Of a stretch of 64,000 nucleotides of DNA, positions 51,971 to 64,000 are shown one piece after another. The stretch's first letter is position 1; the number at the start of each line of letters is the position of its first letter. The notes below the pieces were generated by a model, which made no database searches, was not told where the DNA came from, and was given only the letters and a program-made list of their open reading frames with translations. The stretch lies in the NCBI RefSeq assembly GCF_009914755.1, contig NC_060933.1; one strand, written 5' to 3'. This stretch comes from the human T2T-CHM13v2.0 reference genome, Homo sapiens. Made by a program: the position numbers and the translations under genes.

Positions 51971-53217
51971 GACACAAAATATTGTCCATTCTTGCTTTTT
52001 GTATAGCTATGACTCCGAACTGCCTTAGTCCTCCAGAACTATGAATCCTAGATCATTACTTTCCCAACTGCAAAATCTTGTAGGGTAGCTGATGCATCGC
52101 ATCTTTCATGAAGTACATCCACTTCTCAGAAATGCTTCATAGGCATCCCTGTGAACCAGCCTGAGGAGCAAATTCCTATGCACGTTGATGAGACTTTATC
52201 ACATTTTCTTTTTAATCGTGAAGAGTTCCCCTTTCTGCAGCCACTCACTCCTAGAAGGTAGAAAAAAGGACTTTCTCTACGTCCCCAAGGAAAAGGTTCC
52301 AGTGAAGCTTACAGACCCCTCACTTCTTAAGGTAGGACTAGGTGTTAGTAGAAACGCCAGGGTAAGACTCAACTCTGAAATCCAGGGCTGATGGGTAGTG
52401 AGAGTAGAAGCAGGACATGAGCAGCTAAGTTCACTAGAGAGAACGGGACTGGAGTCTCAGGAGCAAACCCAGGTCACAGCTAGAAATAGGGAGTTCTAGA
52501 AGCAAGGCAAAAAAAAAGCAGCCTGGAAATTTAGGTAGAAAAACTAAGACTCCAATAAGACTCCAAGAAGGCAGCTGCAACTTCTGATGAATCAATGCCT
52601 GCTGTAAAGGCAGTGTTAATGGTTTGAGTCACGGCCGGGGCACCTGAGCAGGGCAGATCAGCCCATGACAATATTGAGGAAGACAGCATAAAAGCCAGTA
52701 TTCTGGGACAGTGCTGATAGCTGCGTGGAATGAATAAATTCCACAATACCCTCTATTCAGTGCCTGCAATATGCTCTCTTATTACTGTAAAATATGGCAA
52801 GTAATATCCAAGTTATAATTCATTAATGTCCCTTAATTTAGAGTCTTTGCTATTCTTAAGATTTTCAGTACCCATACAAGTATAAAAAAGATGAAATTTC
52901 ACTGTGGCTACAAACACCCTGAATAGGAACAGTTTTTTTTTTCTTTACTCTTCACAGGAAAGAGACATAACCACCTATGTTTTTCTTTCCTTGGAAGGCA
53001 AATTCAGTTGAAGCAGAAAGTCAGAACTTTAGACTCAGCAGTCTGGTCTATAACCTCTTAACCATAAAAAGTATTAGCTTCTCATTTCAGAAATTTTATC
53101 CTGAATTCTCTGTTTTGCCACCTTCTTAAGACCTGCTTCAGGTACACCTCAGAGTATAATAGACTCAGCCTTCTCTTCTCATGTGCCAGTTGATCACTGG
53201 TGAAATTATACACATCT

Positions 53218-53375
53218 AACTTTTATTTTAAGTTCAGGGTCACATGTACAGGTTTGTTATATAGATAAGCTTGTGTCATGGGGGTTTGTTGTACACATTG
53301 TTTCACTGCCCAGGTATTAAGTCTACTTGTTTTTCCTGATCCTCTCCCTCCTCCCACCCTCTACCTTCCGATAGG
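53218..53375 (-). mobile_element. L1PA (older) extreme 3' end, sense to GLIS3
   Basis: aacttttattttaagttcaggg...catgtacaggtttgttat...cctgatcctctccctcctcccaccctc. Confidence 0.88.
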
Positions 53376-53921
53376 AGAAATAATAATACAAAAATAACCA
53401 ATACTTTTCCCAATAAGGATAAAGCCGCAATTGCCCAGCCTCGCTACTTGCCTCTCCTCCTCAATGAGGTACGGAATTGTTTTTGCTCACCTACAAAAAT
53501 ATTTTTACGGCAAAACTTGCACATATTGTAAAACTGGGTAATTCAGCTTAATCTTGCATGAAAAACTAACATGAATACAAGGGACTAAGTGGATATGAAA
53601 AACTGAAGCACCAAATTAAGCAGCCTGCAAACATCTAAAGGCATTAACATTAACTGCAAACATGCAGATGAGCCCTGTGCTGGCTGGGAATCAGAGTCTT
53701 CATTTTCTTCAGCTGAGTGGTTATAAGATCTCATTCTTAATCAAAATATGAGCAGTGTCATTATAACGCTGCTGTGGGGTGACAAGCAAAATATCCACCT
53801 ATAGGTTTTATGTAGTGAGAAACAGAACTAGATACTACAGTGCAATTCTAATTCTAACTCCTCCCAGTCAAAATTCAGGTCATGTTTTCCCAGAAGTCAT
53901 ATGCCTACATTTTATGATCCA

Positions 53922-54140
53922 GAGCAATGGTTTTCAAAGGCTGAAAAACATTTGACCAGCAGCAGCACCTGGACCAGCAGCACCTGGTGGTGTCACCTGG
54001 GAACTTGTTAGAACTGTCTGGCACAAATTCAGATTCTTGGGACTCACTCAGACCTTCTGAATCAGAAACGCTGGGGGTAGGGCCCAGCAAACTGTATTTT
54101 CACAAGATTTCCAGGTGATTTGATGCATACTGAAGGACTG
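53922..54140. mobile_element. MER5A
   Basis: tcacctgggaacttgttagaa...gaatcagaaacgctgggggtagggcccagcaa...ccaggtgatttgatgca, with an internal gaccagcagcacctg microduplication. Confidence 0.85.
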
Positions 54141-56416
54141 GCTCAGGACTAGAGGTGGGGGCTCAATTAACAGCTTAAAATGACCAGTGCCTACAACAGA
54201 GAAGTATGAAGCTTGCTCCTGACCTCACTGCATTCTCCAATCTAACTCGGTGGACCATCACAGATGCAAGAGAGGTTACAAAAACTGCAAGGTTTTGATA
54301 GCAGTTCAAAGGAATGCTTCACACAGACTTTGCCAAATGTTTACCTTTAAATCCCTTTTGTGCCCCCAAGTTTCCACCTCCTTCTGACCAATTCCAAAAT
54401 TGTTCTGCTGCTTTTTCACCTTTGTGAATTCCAAACAAAGCAGTGCTTTTGAAGTTAATGCAAGTAATAACTATGCATTTTTATAATGCTCTATGTCTTT
54501 TTAAAGACTTTCATATAGTTACGTTGTTTAATCTTCACAACTCTCCTATTAAGTTTAACCTACTGGGAAATGTGTGTGGTAGTTTAGAACCCTCTAATAA
54601 ATCTCTAACTTAATAACCATTTTTTGAGAACAGACTATATGAAGCACTTTTACAGAAAATTATTTCTAACACAACTCTGCAAGCTGTCCCACGACAGCAA
54701 ATATACTCAATTTAAGAATGTAGAAAACATATTAAAACATGTACCATAAAATTACATTAAAATGAAATAGTAACTATTTCACAAATTTCTGTTAAATCCT
54801 GTATAGATTTTTATATGGTGCTATTTCTTACAAAAAGTAATGATATTGTAAGAGAGAAGCCGTCACCTCCCAGTAAGGAGGGTAAAGTGAAGAGAATAAC
54901 ACGTGACTTCAAATAATCCTGCTCCAAAAAAAGTATTTTTCCTTCTACATTTCCCTATATTATCTGAACAAAACATCTATTTTTTTTTTTTTCTTAAAAA
55001 TCTAAGGTTACATTCAAAATTTGGATAATTCAACAGGAATTGTAAGCTCTAAACATAACAATTATTTTATAACCGAGTACAATTGGAATCAATAAAATTC
55101 CCTTCTTCTCGTAGATTTCTCTTGTTCCAGCTGTGTTAGCTCATCCTTGATGAGTAGTTTCTGTGGGACTCAAACATCTCAACCACACTGGCCTCTATGA
55201 TGTCTTCATGGCTTAGGTCATTTGCTAAGGTCATGTTTTACTGAATCTGTAGTACAGCTTCGGTTTGAAAGGAGCCATAATTTTTGTGGTCATTCATGGG
55301 ACAGATCATCTTCCATACAGCATTCACTGTTAATAAATGGACTCCCTGCCAAGACCAGGCACTGTTCCACACTGTCCATGATATCTCAGACTCACCAAAT
55401 ATGGGCTTCTATATATCATTAGTTCATCACAGGTGTTCACCAGAAGATATACAAGCACTAAGCCTTGAAAGTGGCATTCACACTTCGATCAACAGGCTAT
55501 GAAATAGTCCCTCTTAGACTATCAGATAAATCATCTAAATTTACAGGCCTGGCCTGGGGCATTATTATATGGAACACAGAACCTTTGAACAAAAGGGCAA
55601 AAAATATAAATGAGCCATCCTTGAGGCCTGCTTATTGCTGCCTTGGCCTTCCTGTTTGGTAGGTTACAACACTGCTCTCAGGTGAGCTCAGGAGCAGGCT
55701 TGGGGAGGCCTGGGATTTTCAGAATAGTAGACAAGTAAACACCTTAATTTTATGAAAGTCATCCTCAGCATGGCCTCAAGTGATATTTGGCTGCTTTAAC
55801 CTGGGACGCTATTATCTTTCACAGAAATAAAAGTATTTTCAGGCAATCCTTTCCAATCAAGCTCTGTCTTTCTTTTCAACCTGAAAAGTTTGTTTCAATG
55901 AGGGAAGGCAACACTTCAGGAGAAGTGCAAGACTTGTATGTTCCAGAACTGCCATCTTCCCTGTTCATCTTCATGCTGTGCAAAGTATCCTTCTCTTAGA
56001 ATGTTATAAAGCATCATATACTTGACCAGAATTTCCATTGCAAAACTATGACTTCTTCACACCACAAGTCCTCAATCGTTGTGGCTTCTGAAAGATTATG
56101 GTGCTCAATGCCAAATTTAACTGCCTCCTATTCTATGCTCATACATACTCAACGGGTTTCCATCAAAATATTTTTGTGATAAATTAATTTACTAGCACTT
56201 AAAGGTAGAAGTGCCTGACAATCATTAAACAAATATTTTCTTGATTTTGTATAATAGAACATAAAAGGGAATAACTCCAAGTACTTTTGCTATTTAGCCA
56301 AGTCTTAATCTTCATCAAATTGTCTTAACACTTCAGATTTTACATTTAACTAATTGATGAAGTTTCCTTTTGCACCTTTGGCATTTTTCATGGTTTGGCT
56401 TCTTTCCATAGATCTA

Positions 56417-56957
<541 letters not shown>

Positions 56958-58965
56958 AAGTAGAGAGGGTAAACTTTCACAGTCATAAGGTACCTGGAGA
57001 AGTAAAATTCTGGGAACAAAGTTGAGCAACATGATCATCTGCATGTTTCAAGTGTTCTCAAGAGTTACGGAAAATGTGGGTCAACCTGAAGACACTCCAC
57101 TGATGGCTGGAGCAACTTAGGTATCCTTGCCCCTTAGGAGGCAAACCTACCACAGCCGGAGGCTCTAATTCCAGAGCTCAAAATCTTTTTGAGGACCGAA
57201 TATAGTAAAGAGTCATGGACAAAAAGTGGACATTTGCTTGGAATGACAAAAACATTTCAAGCTGAACCTTAAAATATTTAAAACTCTAAAGCTTTAAAAA
57301 CACTACCAGACATATAAAAACAGACACCAAGACAAATGTGACAGTTTCGAAAATGAGCCATATGCTGTATGCTACATACAACAAAGGTGCTAATGTTTTC
57401 CATAGATATGGATAGCATTGCTTCCCAAACCCATTTCTGAGAGGATTAAATACAGCCAGACTAGCCCATCACTAGAAACCATTTATATTGTATGTTAGGC
57501 CATTTTTCAATCACTTCTGGTTAGTGTTGACTGTTGACTATTGGGTTCCAGGTCTTAGTAAGATCATAGATTAATGAACTGAAGTAGTAGGGGAATGCTT
57601 TATAGGCTGTTTAAAATTGTTTGCTAATTTAATGTGCTGAAATAAATGTTCATATATCAAATACTGAACAAATCAGACACACAAAAACAAAAGCTAGTCA
57701 TGGTTTTTCATATATATATATATATTTAATACAAAATATTTATGTATGTGTTGGTAACACTGCACATTGATATATTTGATGTCTGTATATGAACCTGTAC
57801 CTGAAACCTCTGTAAGTTTGGTCAACCCTTCTTCGTCTCATCTCCCTGTGTCTCAAAAAGCAGAGGCTATGTTGTCCCCAACAGTAAGTGCTTAAAGCAA
57901 CTGATAAAGGTCCAATGGGCCATGATTAAGGCCCAGTTTTGATGACTGATGCTCTTGCAATACTTGCTTACTGCCCTTTCTCTCTGCATCTGAATCAACT
58001 GAGAACTGTCAAATTTAAAACGTTGTACAAGGATGTCTTTCTCCCATTCCACTGCAATGCATCTGTAAATTTTAAATTCTAATGGCTTATTCATACTTTT
58101 TGAAAGAAAAAAACAGTCTGCTGCCAAACCTGGCTCTGGAATCAGATGGGGGTGGGGGTAGTATCTGCAACCCACAGAAAATAGAAAATTCTCATTGTCT
58201 GGAATGTGGAGCTGGTAAATCTTTTTTCTCATCTTCATAGCATGACTGTAAGAGTGTTCCATATGTAAGGACAATCACTAATTATGTTTGCATAAGTATA
58301 TCACCATTACAGAGAGTAGAAAATCCATAAAAATCCAGGCTGAGTAAAAGAAAAATAACTTCCTTATGGTATATTAATCTTTTCTTATTTTTTTTGTTTT
58401 TTACTACATACATGTAATTTTCCAAATATAGTCACCTATTATTCAAACCTAGGCAGATGGAAGGTGGTCTGGGAGTGTCATCCCATCTCCTTTCCCACAA
58501 TGGTTGGCAAACATGAATGAACATTCTTATAAGTTGGTTTGCTGAGGTGAAAATTTCCTTAGAGACCTGGGGCTTCCTTTTAAAACATAAAGATGACAAC
58601 AACTGTTTCATTAAGAAATCCACACGCAGCCTGCTACCTGCTTAAGGAGGAAACATTTCCTTCGAGTCTAAATCAAGTGAGTAAATGTAACATAACTGCG
58701 AGGGTTGGGTGCACTGAATTTCTGGCAGAAGTCCATAACTAAAAGAGGTAATGCATTATTTTATTTTATTTCTTTATGAGAAAAAACAATCTGCTGCCAC
58801 ACCCAGCTCAGGAATCAGAAGGGGTGGAGAGCAATTTGCAGCCCATTGATAAAGAACAACACAGACGATCTTAGGAAAATTTTTCTCACGTGAGCATTCC
58901 TTTTAACCAGAGTAAAAGGCCTAAAAAAGGGTAGTTGTGGTTGGCTCTGCCTTTGCTGTCTTTAC

Positions 58966-59110
58966 CTGAATAGAGGTCAGGCCCGGGTCCAGGGGAGCGT
59001 CCCACGGTCCCTTCAGCAGCAGCATCTCTAGGGGAAGTGGCCGGCTGCAGGGACTGCACGGTGAGGCAATCTGTGAGCAGGTCTGGATGGAGCTCTGTGC
59101 TGGACCGCAA
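58966..59110 (-). CDS. GLIS3: GLIS3 coding exon 7 (LRSSTELHPDLLTDCLTVQSLQPATSPRDAAAEGTVGRSPGPGPDLYS+G)
   Basis: Acceptor tcttccgttttgtcctcttag|TTG and donor TCAG|gtaaag. 145 nt, phase 0 to 1. The peptide is the segment following the GLIS3 zinc fingers. Confidence 0.97.
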
Positions 59111-60004
59111 CTAAGAGGACAAAACGGAAGAGACATCGATAAGGAGAGCCGGTCCTTGGAATATTTTCCTGGGAAGGCATCATGCTCTATCAGTGCAACT
59201 CAGCCCACAAAAATTTATCAAGCAGCAACTACGGGTAAGGCACAGAGCTTAACAGAGTGTCAATAAAAGGATCAGTTCTCCAATCCTAATAACACCTGGC
59301 AAGAGCTTCTGGAAAAATGTGGCTAGAGGCGGATTTGACTTCAGTCCTTGATATTTCCACTTCTGGCAACTCAACTTCCTATTATACTTCCTTTTATTTG
59401 CTCCGTATCTTATCAGAACTTGTAACGATAACAACAACAAACTCAAGTAGTTTTAGTCCATCTTGGAAAGTGCTTTTAAAATAGAAACACTGTCATGAAA
59501 ACATCCCAGAGATGATTAAGAAATGCCCATTGAGATTTAACTCCTATAGATTTTCCAAGAAAGGAAAATACTCAAGTTAAATTTTAATATATTATGGCAT
59601 GATTCAAAGATAAAACAATGTGATTAACAGTAACAAAACTCCAACAGTAAGTTACATAAAAACAGAACAATTTAGATCTTATACATTAAAGAGTTACATG
59701 TAAAAAAAAAATCAAACAATAAAAAATGCTAAAATAAACTAGGTGAAAAGTTATCTGATCTTTTAATGAATAAGAATTTTTTAAGTGTAATTGAAATGGA
59801 AAAAAAAAACAATGTAAGATTTAGTGACATAAAAATATTAACGTTCTGCTTGTACAAAAACATAATACCTTAAAAGCAATCTAGAAATGTATTTGTTACA
59901 AATATTGCAAATGGTAATCATCTTTGGTATTTAAAGAGTGTGTGTATAAATGGATTTTATAAAGACAAGACTAAACCTTTAGATATAGAGCTAGAGTATG
60001 CTTA

Positions 60005-60450
60005 TGCAGTCAACAAATATTTATTAAGTGTTTGTTACATACTTCTCTAGACCCTAGGAATACTGACTGCTTTTGTCAAAGTTAGACTCTAGATGGGGAA
60101 GCAGATGATGAACAAATAAAACATATACAACCTCAGATGGTGATAAATGCTATGGAGAAAAGTGATGCGGAGAAGTGAGACAGTGAGTAGGAATAAGGGG
60201 TGGCAGCTTTAGATAGGAGATCAAGGAAAGCCTCTTGAAGATGGCATTTATAAAAAGCTTTGAAAGAAGTGAGGAATAAGCCGTACAGACCTATGGGGGA
60301 AGAACCTGCCTACCCTGTGGTTGTGCGGAGAAGTAAGAGTCAAGCAGGGTGAGCCTGGGGCCTGGGGAAGAGAAATAGAAGATGAAACCAGAGATAAAAG
60401 GTGGGGAGGTGGAAATGGGAAGGAGACGTTGGATAAAGCCTTGACTTGAA
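60005..60450 (-). mobile_element. L2 3' fragment
   Basis: tcaacaaatatttattaagtg...gatggtgataaatgctatggagaaaa...ggaaagcctc. Confidence 0.8.
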
Positions 60451-60479
60451 CAGAAACTGTTAAAAAAAAAAAAAAAGGA

Positions 60480-61090
60480 GAAACAGAAATGATAATAAGC
60501 GTGAAAAATGTTTGCACACTTGCAAAGAAGTGCAATGTTAAAACGTCTTTTTACTTGCTGAATTATCAAAAACTTAAAAAAAAACAGTAATGAAGGTACA
60601 GTGAGAGAGGCATTGTTCAACAATGTTCATAGGAGTGAATATTGGTACAAACAGTCTAGATGGTATGTGGGAATATTTTTTCAAGGTCCATAATTGAAAT
60701 AATTTGATTCTAGAACTTGTCTTAAGGAAATAGCCAGAGGTGTTAAAGAAGATTTGTACCCCCCCAAAATATACACATATATATATAAAACAAATAGCAT
60801 TATTTATAGCAATACCTAATCAGAAAATGTAACTTAAAATGTCTTAAATGTCCACAAATAGGGCTAATCAATGATTTTACCTCAATTTGATGGAATATTA
60901 TGCAACCATTAAAATGGTATTCATGAACATAAAAGCAAAACTCAAAGTTTTATATATATACAGAATGATAATTACATAAAAATACACAGACAAAATATCA
61001 GAAAGTAATATAATTGAACATTACAACTGATTTTTGCTTTCAGTAGTACTATTACGAATTTATTTCCTTCCCTTTTTTAAAGTCCTTTCT
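60480..61090 (+). mobile_element. Ancient L1M 3' fragments
   Basis: ggagtgaatattggtacaaac, cttaaatgtccacaaatagg, atggaatattatgcaaccattaaaa. Confidence 0.7.
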
Positions 61091-61099
61091 TCTGCTTTC

Positions 61100-61566
61100 T
61101 GTAAGGTCCTCTGAACGGGCCACACCACGGTTGAGCCATTGTGACCCCTGCGACACACAGGTCCAGGCCTCCTGGAGTCACAAAGCTTTGAGCAACAGGA
61201 GAACCACTAAAGAAGAAGAAACAGCTAGCTCCTGCCTTAACTGATTAACCGAACCTGCAACATTCCACCATTGTGATATGTTCCTGCCCTACCCTAAATA
61301 ATCAATCGGCCTTGTGATATCCTGCCATGTGAACTCCCTCCACCTCGTGACTATGCACCTTGTGACATTCTTCCCCTGCCCGAAAAGACTGCCCCAACTG
61401 TAACCTTCCACTACCTATCCCAAACCTATAAAACCAGTTCCACTCCCACCGCCCTTCGCTGACTCCCTTTTCAGACTCAGCCCGCTCGCACCGGAGTGAA
61501 TAAACAGCCTTGTTGCTCACACTTAGCCTGTCTGGGTAGTCTCTTCAATTAGGCACGCGCTTAACA
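61100..61566 (+). mobile_element. ERV1 solo LTR of the HERV-H/HERV-F group (LTR7-like R/U5; possibly LTR46)
   Basis: 467 bp with TGT...ACA termini and perfect 5-bp TSD ctttc. It contains cctgccttaactgat and cccttcgctgactc...ttcagactcagccc...aataaacagccttgttgctcacac, with TATAAAA at 61427-61433 and AATAAA at 61499-61504. Confidence 0.92.
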
Positions 61567-61592
61567 CTTTCCAAATTTTCTACATTCAAATG

Positions 61593-61786
61593 ATGTGCCA
61601 AAGCTGGCTTGCACCAATCTGAGGTGTCAATTTTGTGCGTCTTTTCCAAACTTTCCATGCAATGATGATAGACTGATAGCTTGAAATTGGTCATAGTGAA
61701 GTATTTACACCATGGAAATTGGCAATTCTACAAACAGGCTTTTTCCATCTAAAGAGCTGGTTGCTATACATTACCAGCACACCACT
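61593..61786. mobile_element. MER63-type hAT MITE
   Basis: agcttgaaattggtcatag...tatttacaccatggaaattggcaa...taccagcacaccactg. Confidence 0.75.
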
Positions 61787-62857
61787 GGCAACGACGATGA
61801 CCAAATTCTGATCAGAAAGAAAGACAAACACACACATACAACAGTAAGTTACTGTTTAGAGAGAAGTATTTCTTGGGTCTCAGAAAGCTTCATAAAGAGA
61901 CAAATGCATGTCCAGGTCTTAGCCCAAGGATATGAAAGTGGCACAGTGACCCTAAATACAGGGAAGGGACATTTAACACAGGTAGTGACTGAGACATCAC
62001 TTTGTTGTAATTTCCTCAGCTGTGGCACATTCCAGTCTCTGACCAGGACTCTCTGTATTAGTGCCTAACTAACTCTTTCAGGACCTTTGGAAGGTATGTT
62101 TGTTATTTTTGTACTAACCTAATACATGCCGTGTAAGAAAAACTGGAAAAAAAAATTCAAGGCTTGGAATGAGTTCTGGTGATCACTTTTAATTTATCTT
62201 CTATCATTAAAATATGATCTGGGGTCCACATGTTTTACCAAGGGCAGACATGGATGCTTTTCTGCTTTCTATTACCAACTACTCTAGGGTTTTATAGTTA
62301 CCCGTACCAACGAGGTCTTTGCAAGGAATTTCACGGCTAGGGTTACTTCTGGCATCAAAGACGGGCAATTCTTTCTTAGCTTCACTAAATATTCATGTTT
62401 TCCAACAGTGTGAGTCCATACAACTTTGTGGTGAGAGTTAATTTGGTTTTCTCTGGGATTAGGCATGGTTCTAGAAAGGGCTTCTTAAATTGAACAAGCT
62501 TAGGAACCTTAAGTAAAATTTCCAAAGGAGAGCCGTATGCATAGAAACGCAGTCATGATATGGAAGTCTAGTGTCCCTCACAGATCTTCAGACCAGGAAA
62601 GGGGCTTTCAGATCCCTTAAGGTTTTTAAACATTCTCTAGTACAGGAATGATCTAAAGGGTGAGGCAGGAGGCACATAGCAGAATCTCTTGGGAGGGGTG
62701 TCTTTCAGTGTAACATAGTTTTATATTTGGAATAAGAAGCCCAACTATTTATTTAAAAAACTGCATAATGTATATTTTACCAACATCTTCTTAGCTGTCA
62801 GGAATAGTTAAAGAAGATAGAGGGAAATTTTTCAGTGACAGGAGGGAGGGTCTTTAC

Positions 62858-63005
62858 TTGTGGTTCCCAATCTTGGGGATGTATCAGAATCACCTGCAGC
62901 GCCCCACCCCAGAGCTGCTCATTCAGTAGGTCTGCGATGCGTTTCTAAGTTCCCAGGTGATGATGCTTCTACTGGTCTTGGGATTTCACTTTTGGAACCA
63001 CTAGT
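62858..63005. mobile_element. MER5A-like fragment
   Basis: gtggttcccaatcttgg...cagaatcacctg...attcagtaggtctg...aagttcccaggtgatg...ttggaaccact. Confidence 0.8.
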
Positions 63006-63849
63006 CTCTAAGAATTTTTATGAGGAGAAACTAATAGTTTTCTGTCTATGGAAAGAGGAAATGAACTGTGGAAACAGCGAATTATAAAAACCTAGCATTT
63101 TTAAATATAGGAACAGAAACCTTACTATCTCATCTTCCTTGATCAACTGTGACGAATAAAGATCTTTCTGAAGTAGTGACTTTGGGCATCTAGTTAGCAG
63201 ATACTAGGAAAAGTCACAGGAGGAGAGGATACCTACAAATGCTAGGAATGTCTGCAAGTCATTGGACTTGGAGATACTGGGAAGGTAAGTTCCAGCTTAT
63301 GCAGGGATGAATATGTCATGTTTTGTAGCTTGTTGTCATCATAAAATATCTTGGCAATTTTCTAAGAAGCCTCCTTGGGACATCTGGACCTTAAAAGTTT
63401 ATGTTATCTCCTGTGAGAAGTAACCATTAAGCCCAGGGCCATAAACGCGAAGAAATTCTTAAATTTCCTATATAACACATCTGACTTTCTTCAGACCTCA
63501 TAATAATACATGGTTAAATGAGGCTCATTTCTTAAAAACAACTTGGATTGTATTTTCTTTCACAGGGATAAAAAAGGTTAAAAAATTTCAGTCTAGTTTA
63601 TTACCTGCTGTTAGCAGAGAGCAAAGAACTTGCCCTTTACAAAGCCTTGACTGCTCTTTGCGGAGAAAAGTGGAATTTGAAACCACTGATTGTCAATTCA
63701 CCTATTTCAAAGGACTGCCGTGTTGCATGACACCAAGGACCTTTGTTCACATTGTAATCTATGTGAACGGCGTTCCTGGAATCATTCAGCTCAGCTGCCC
63801 TAACCACACTCCATTGGTTCCAGAGTGGCTCTGCCCTGATGTATCCTTC

Positions 63850-64000
63850 TCATTCATTTGTCGAACAAATATTTATTGGGCCTCAACCATATGCCAGGCA
63901 CTGTTCTAGGGGCCAGAAATACAACAGCAATCAAAACAAAGACTCCTTCAGAGAAGTTTACATTCTAGAGAAGTCAGATAATAAACAGTAAACTAACTAA
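63850..64000 (-). mobile_element. L2 3' end
   Basis: tcattcattt...caaatatttattg...tatgccaggcactgttctagg. Confidence 0.85.

Larger units (their letters stand above)
58917..61525 (+). ncRNA. GLIS3-AS1: GLIS3 antisense RNA 1 (C9orf70) region; boundaries approximate
   Basis: Recalled annotation of a short antisense lncRNA overlapping this exon. Sequence support: plus-strand donor CGG|GTAAGG at 59234/59235 and AATAAA at 61499-61504. Ends are inferred, not seen directly. Confidence 0.55.

Noticed and set aside
58921-59136. Alternative-frame ATG ORF overlapping exon 7
   Set aside because: The ATG lies in the intron's acceptor region, and GC-rich exons often have open alternative frames.

Overview
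Human (or very close primate) genomic DNA from inside GLIS3 (chr9p24.2), which is transcribed on the minus strand. I recognised the gene from three coding exons whose peptides join in frame across canonical GT-AG junctions: 59110-58966 (145 nt), 39856-39688 (169 nt) and 16219-16044 (176 nt). These are exons 7-9 of the long isoform, the Pro/Ser-rich region C-terminal to the zinc fingers. The rest is intron, containing 11 Alus (10 antisense to the gene), L1/L2/MIR fragments, hAT MITEs, a full-length THE1 MaLR provirus nested in an L1MA, a MER21 LTR, a HERV-H/F-like solo LTR and a 372-bp pure-purine VNTR. The antisense lncRNA GLIS3-AS1 is expected over exon 7. Apart from the three exons, the supplied ORF track is repeat-derived or random. 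I see no new protein-coding system. The best leads are transposon-derived RNA-processing signals: an AluJ poison-exon candidate, a sense THE1 LTR with an intact DUX4 site and strong donor, an LTR that may supply the GLIS3-AS1 3' end, and a cryptic acceptor beside the VNTR. There are also several candidate enhancers. All findings are hypotheses from sequence reading only. Repeat subfamily calls and ancient-repeat boundaries are approximate.
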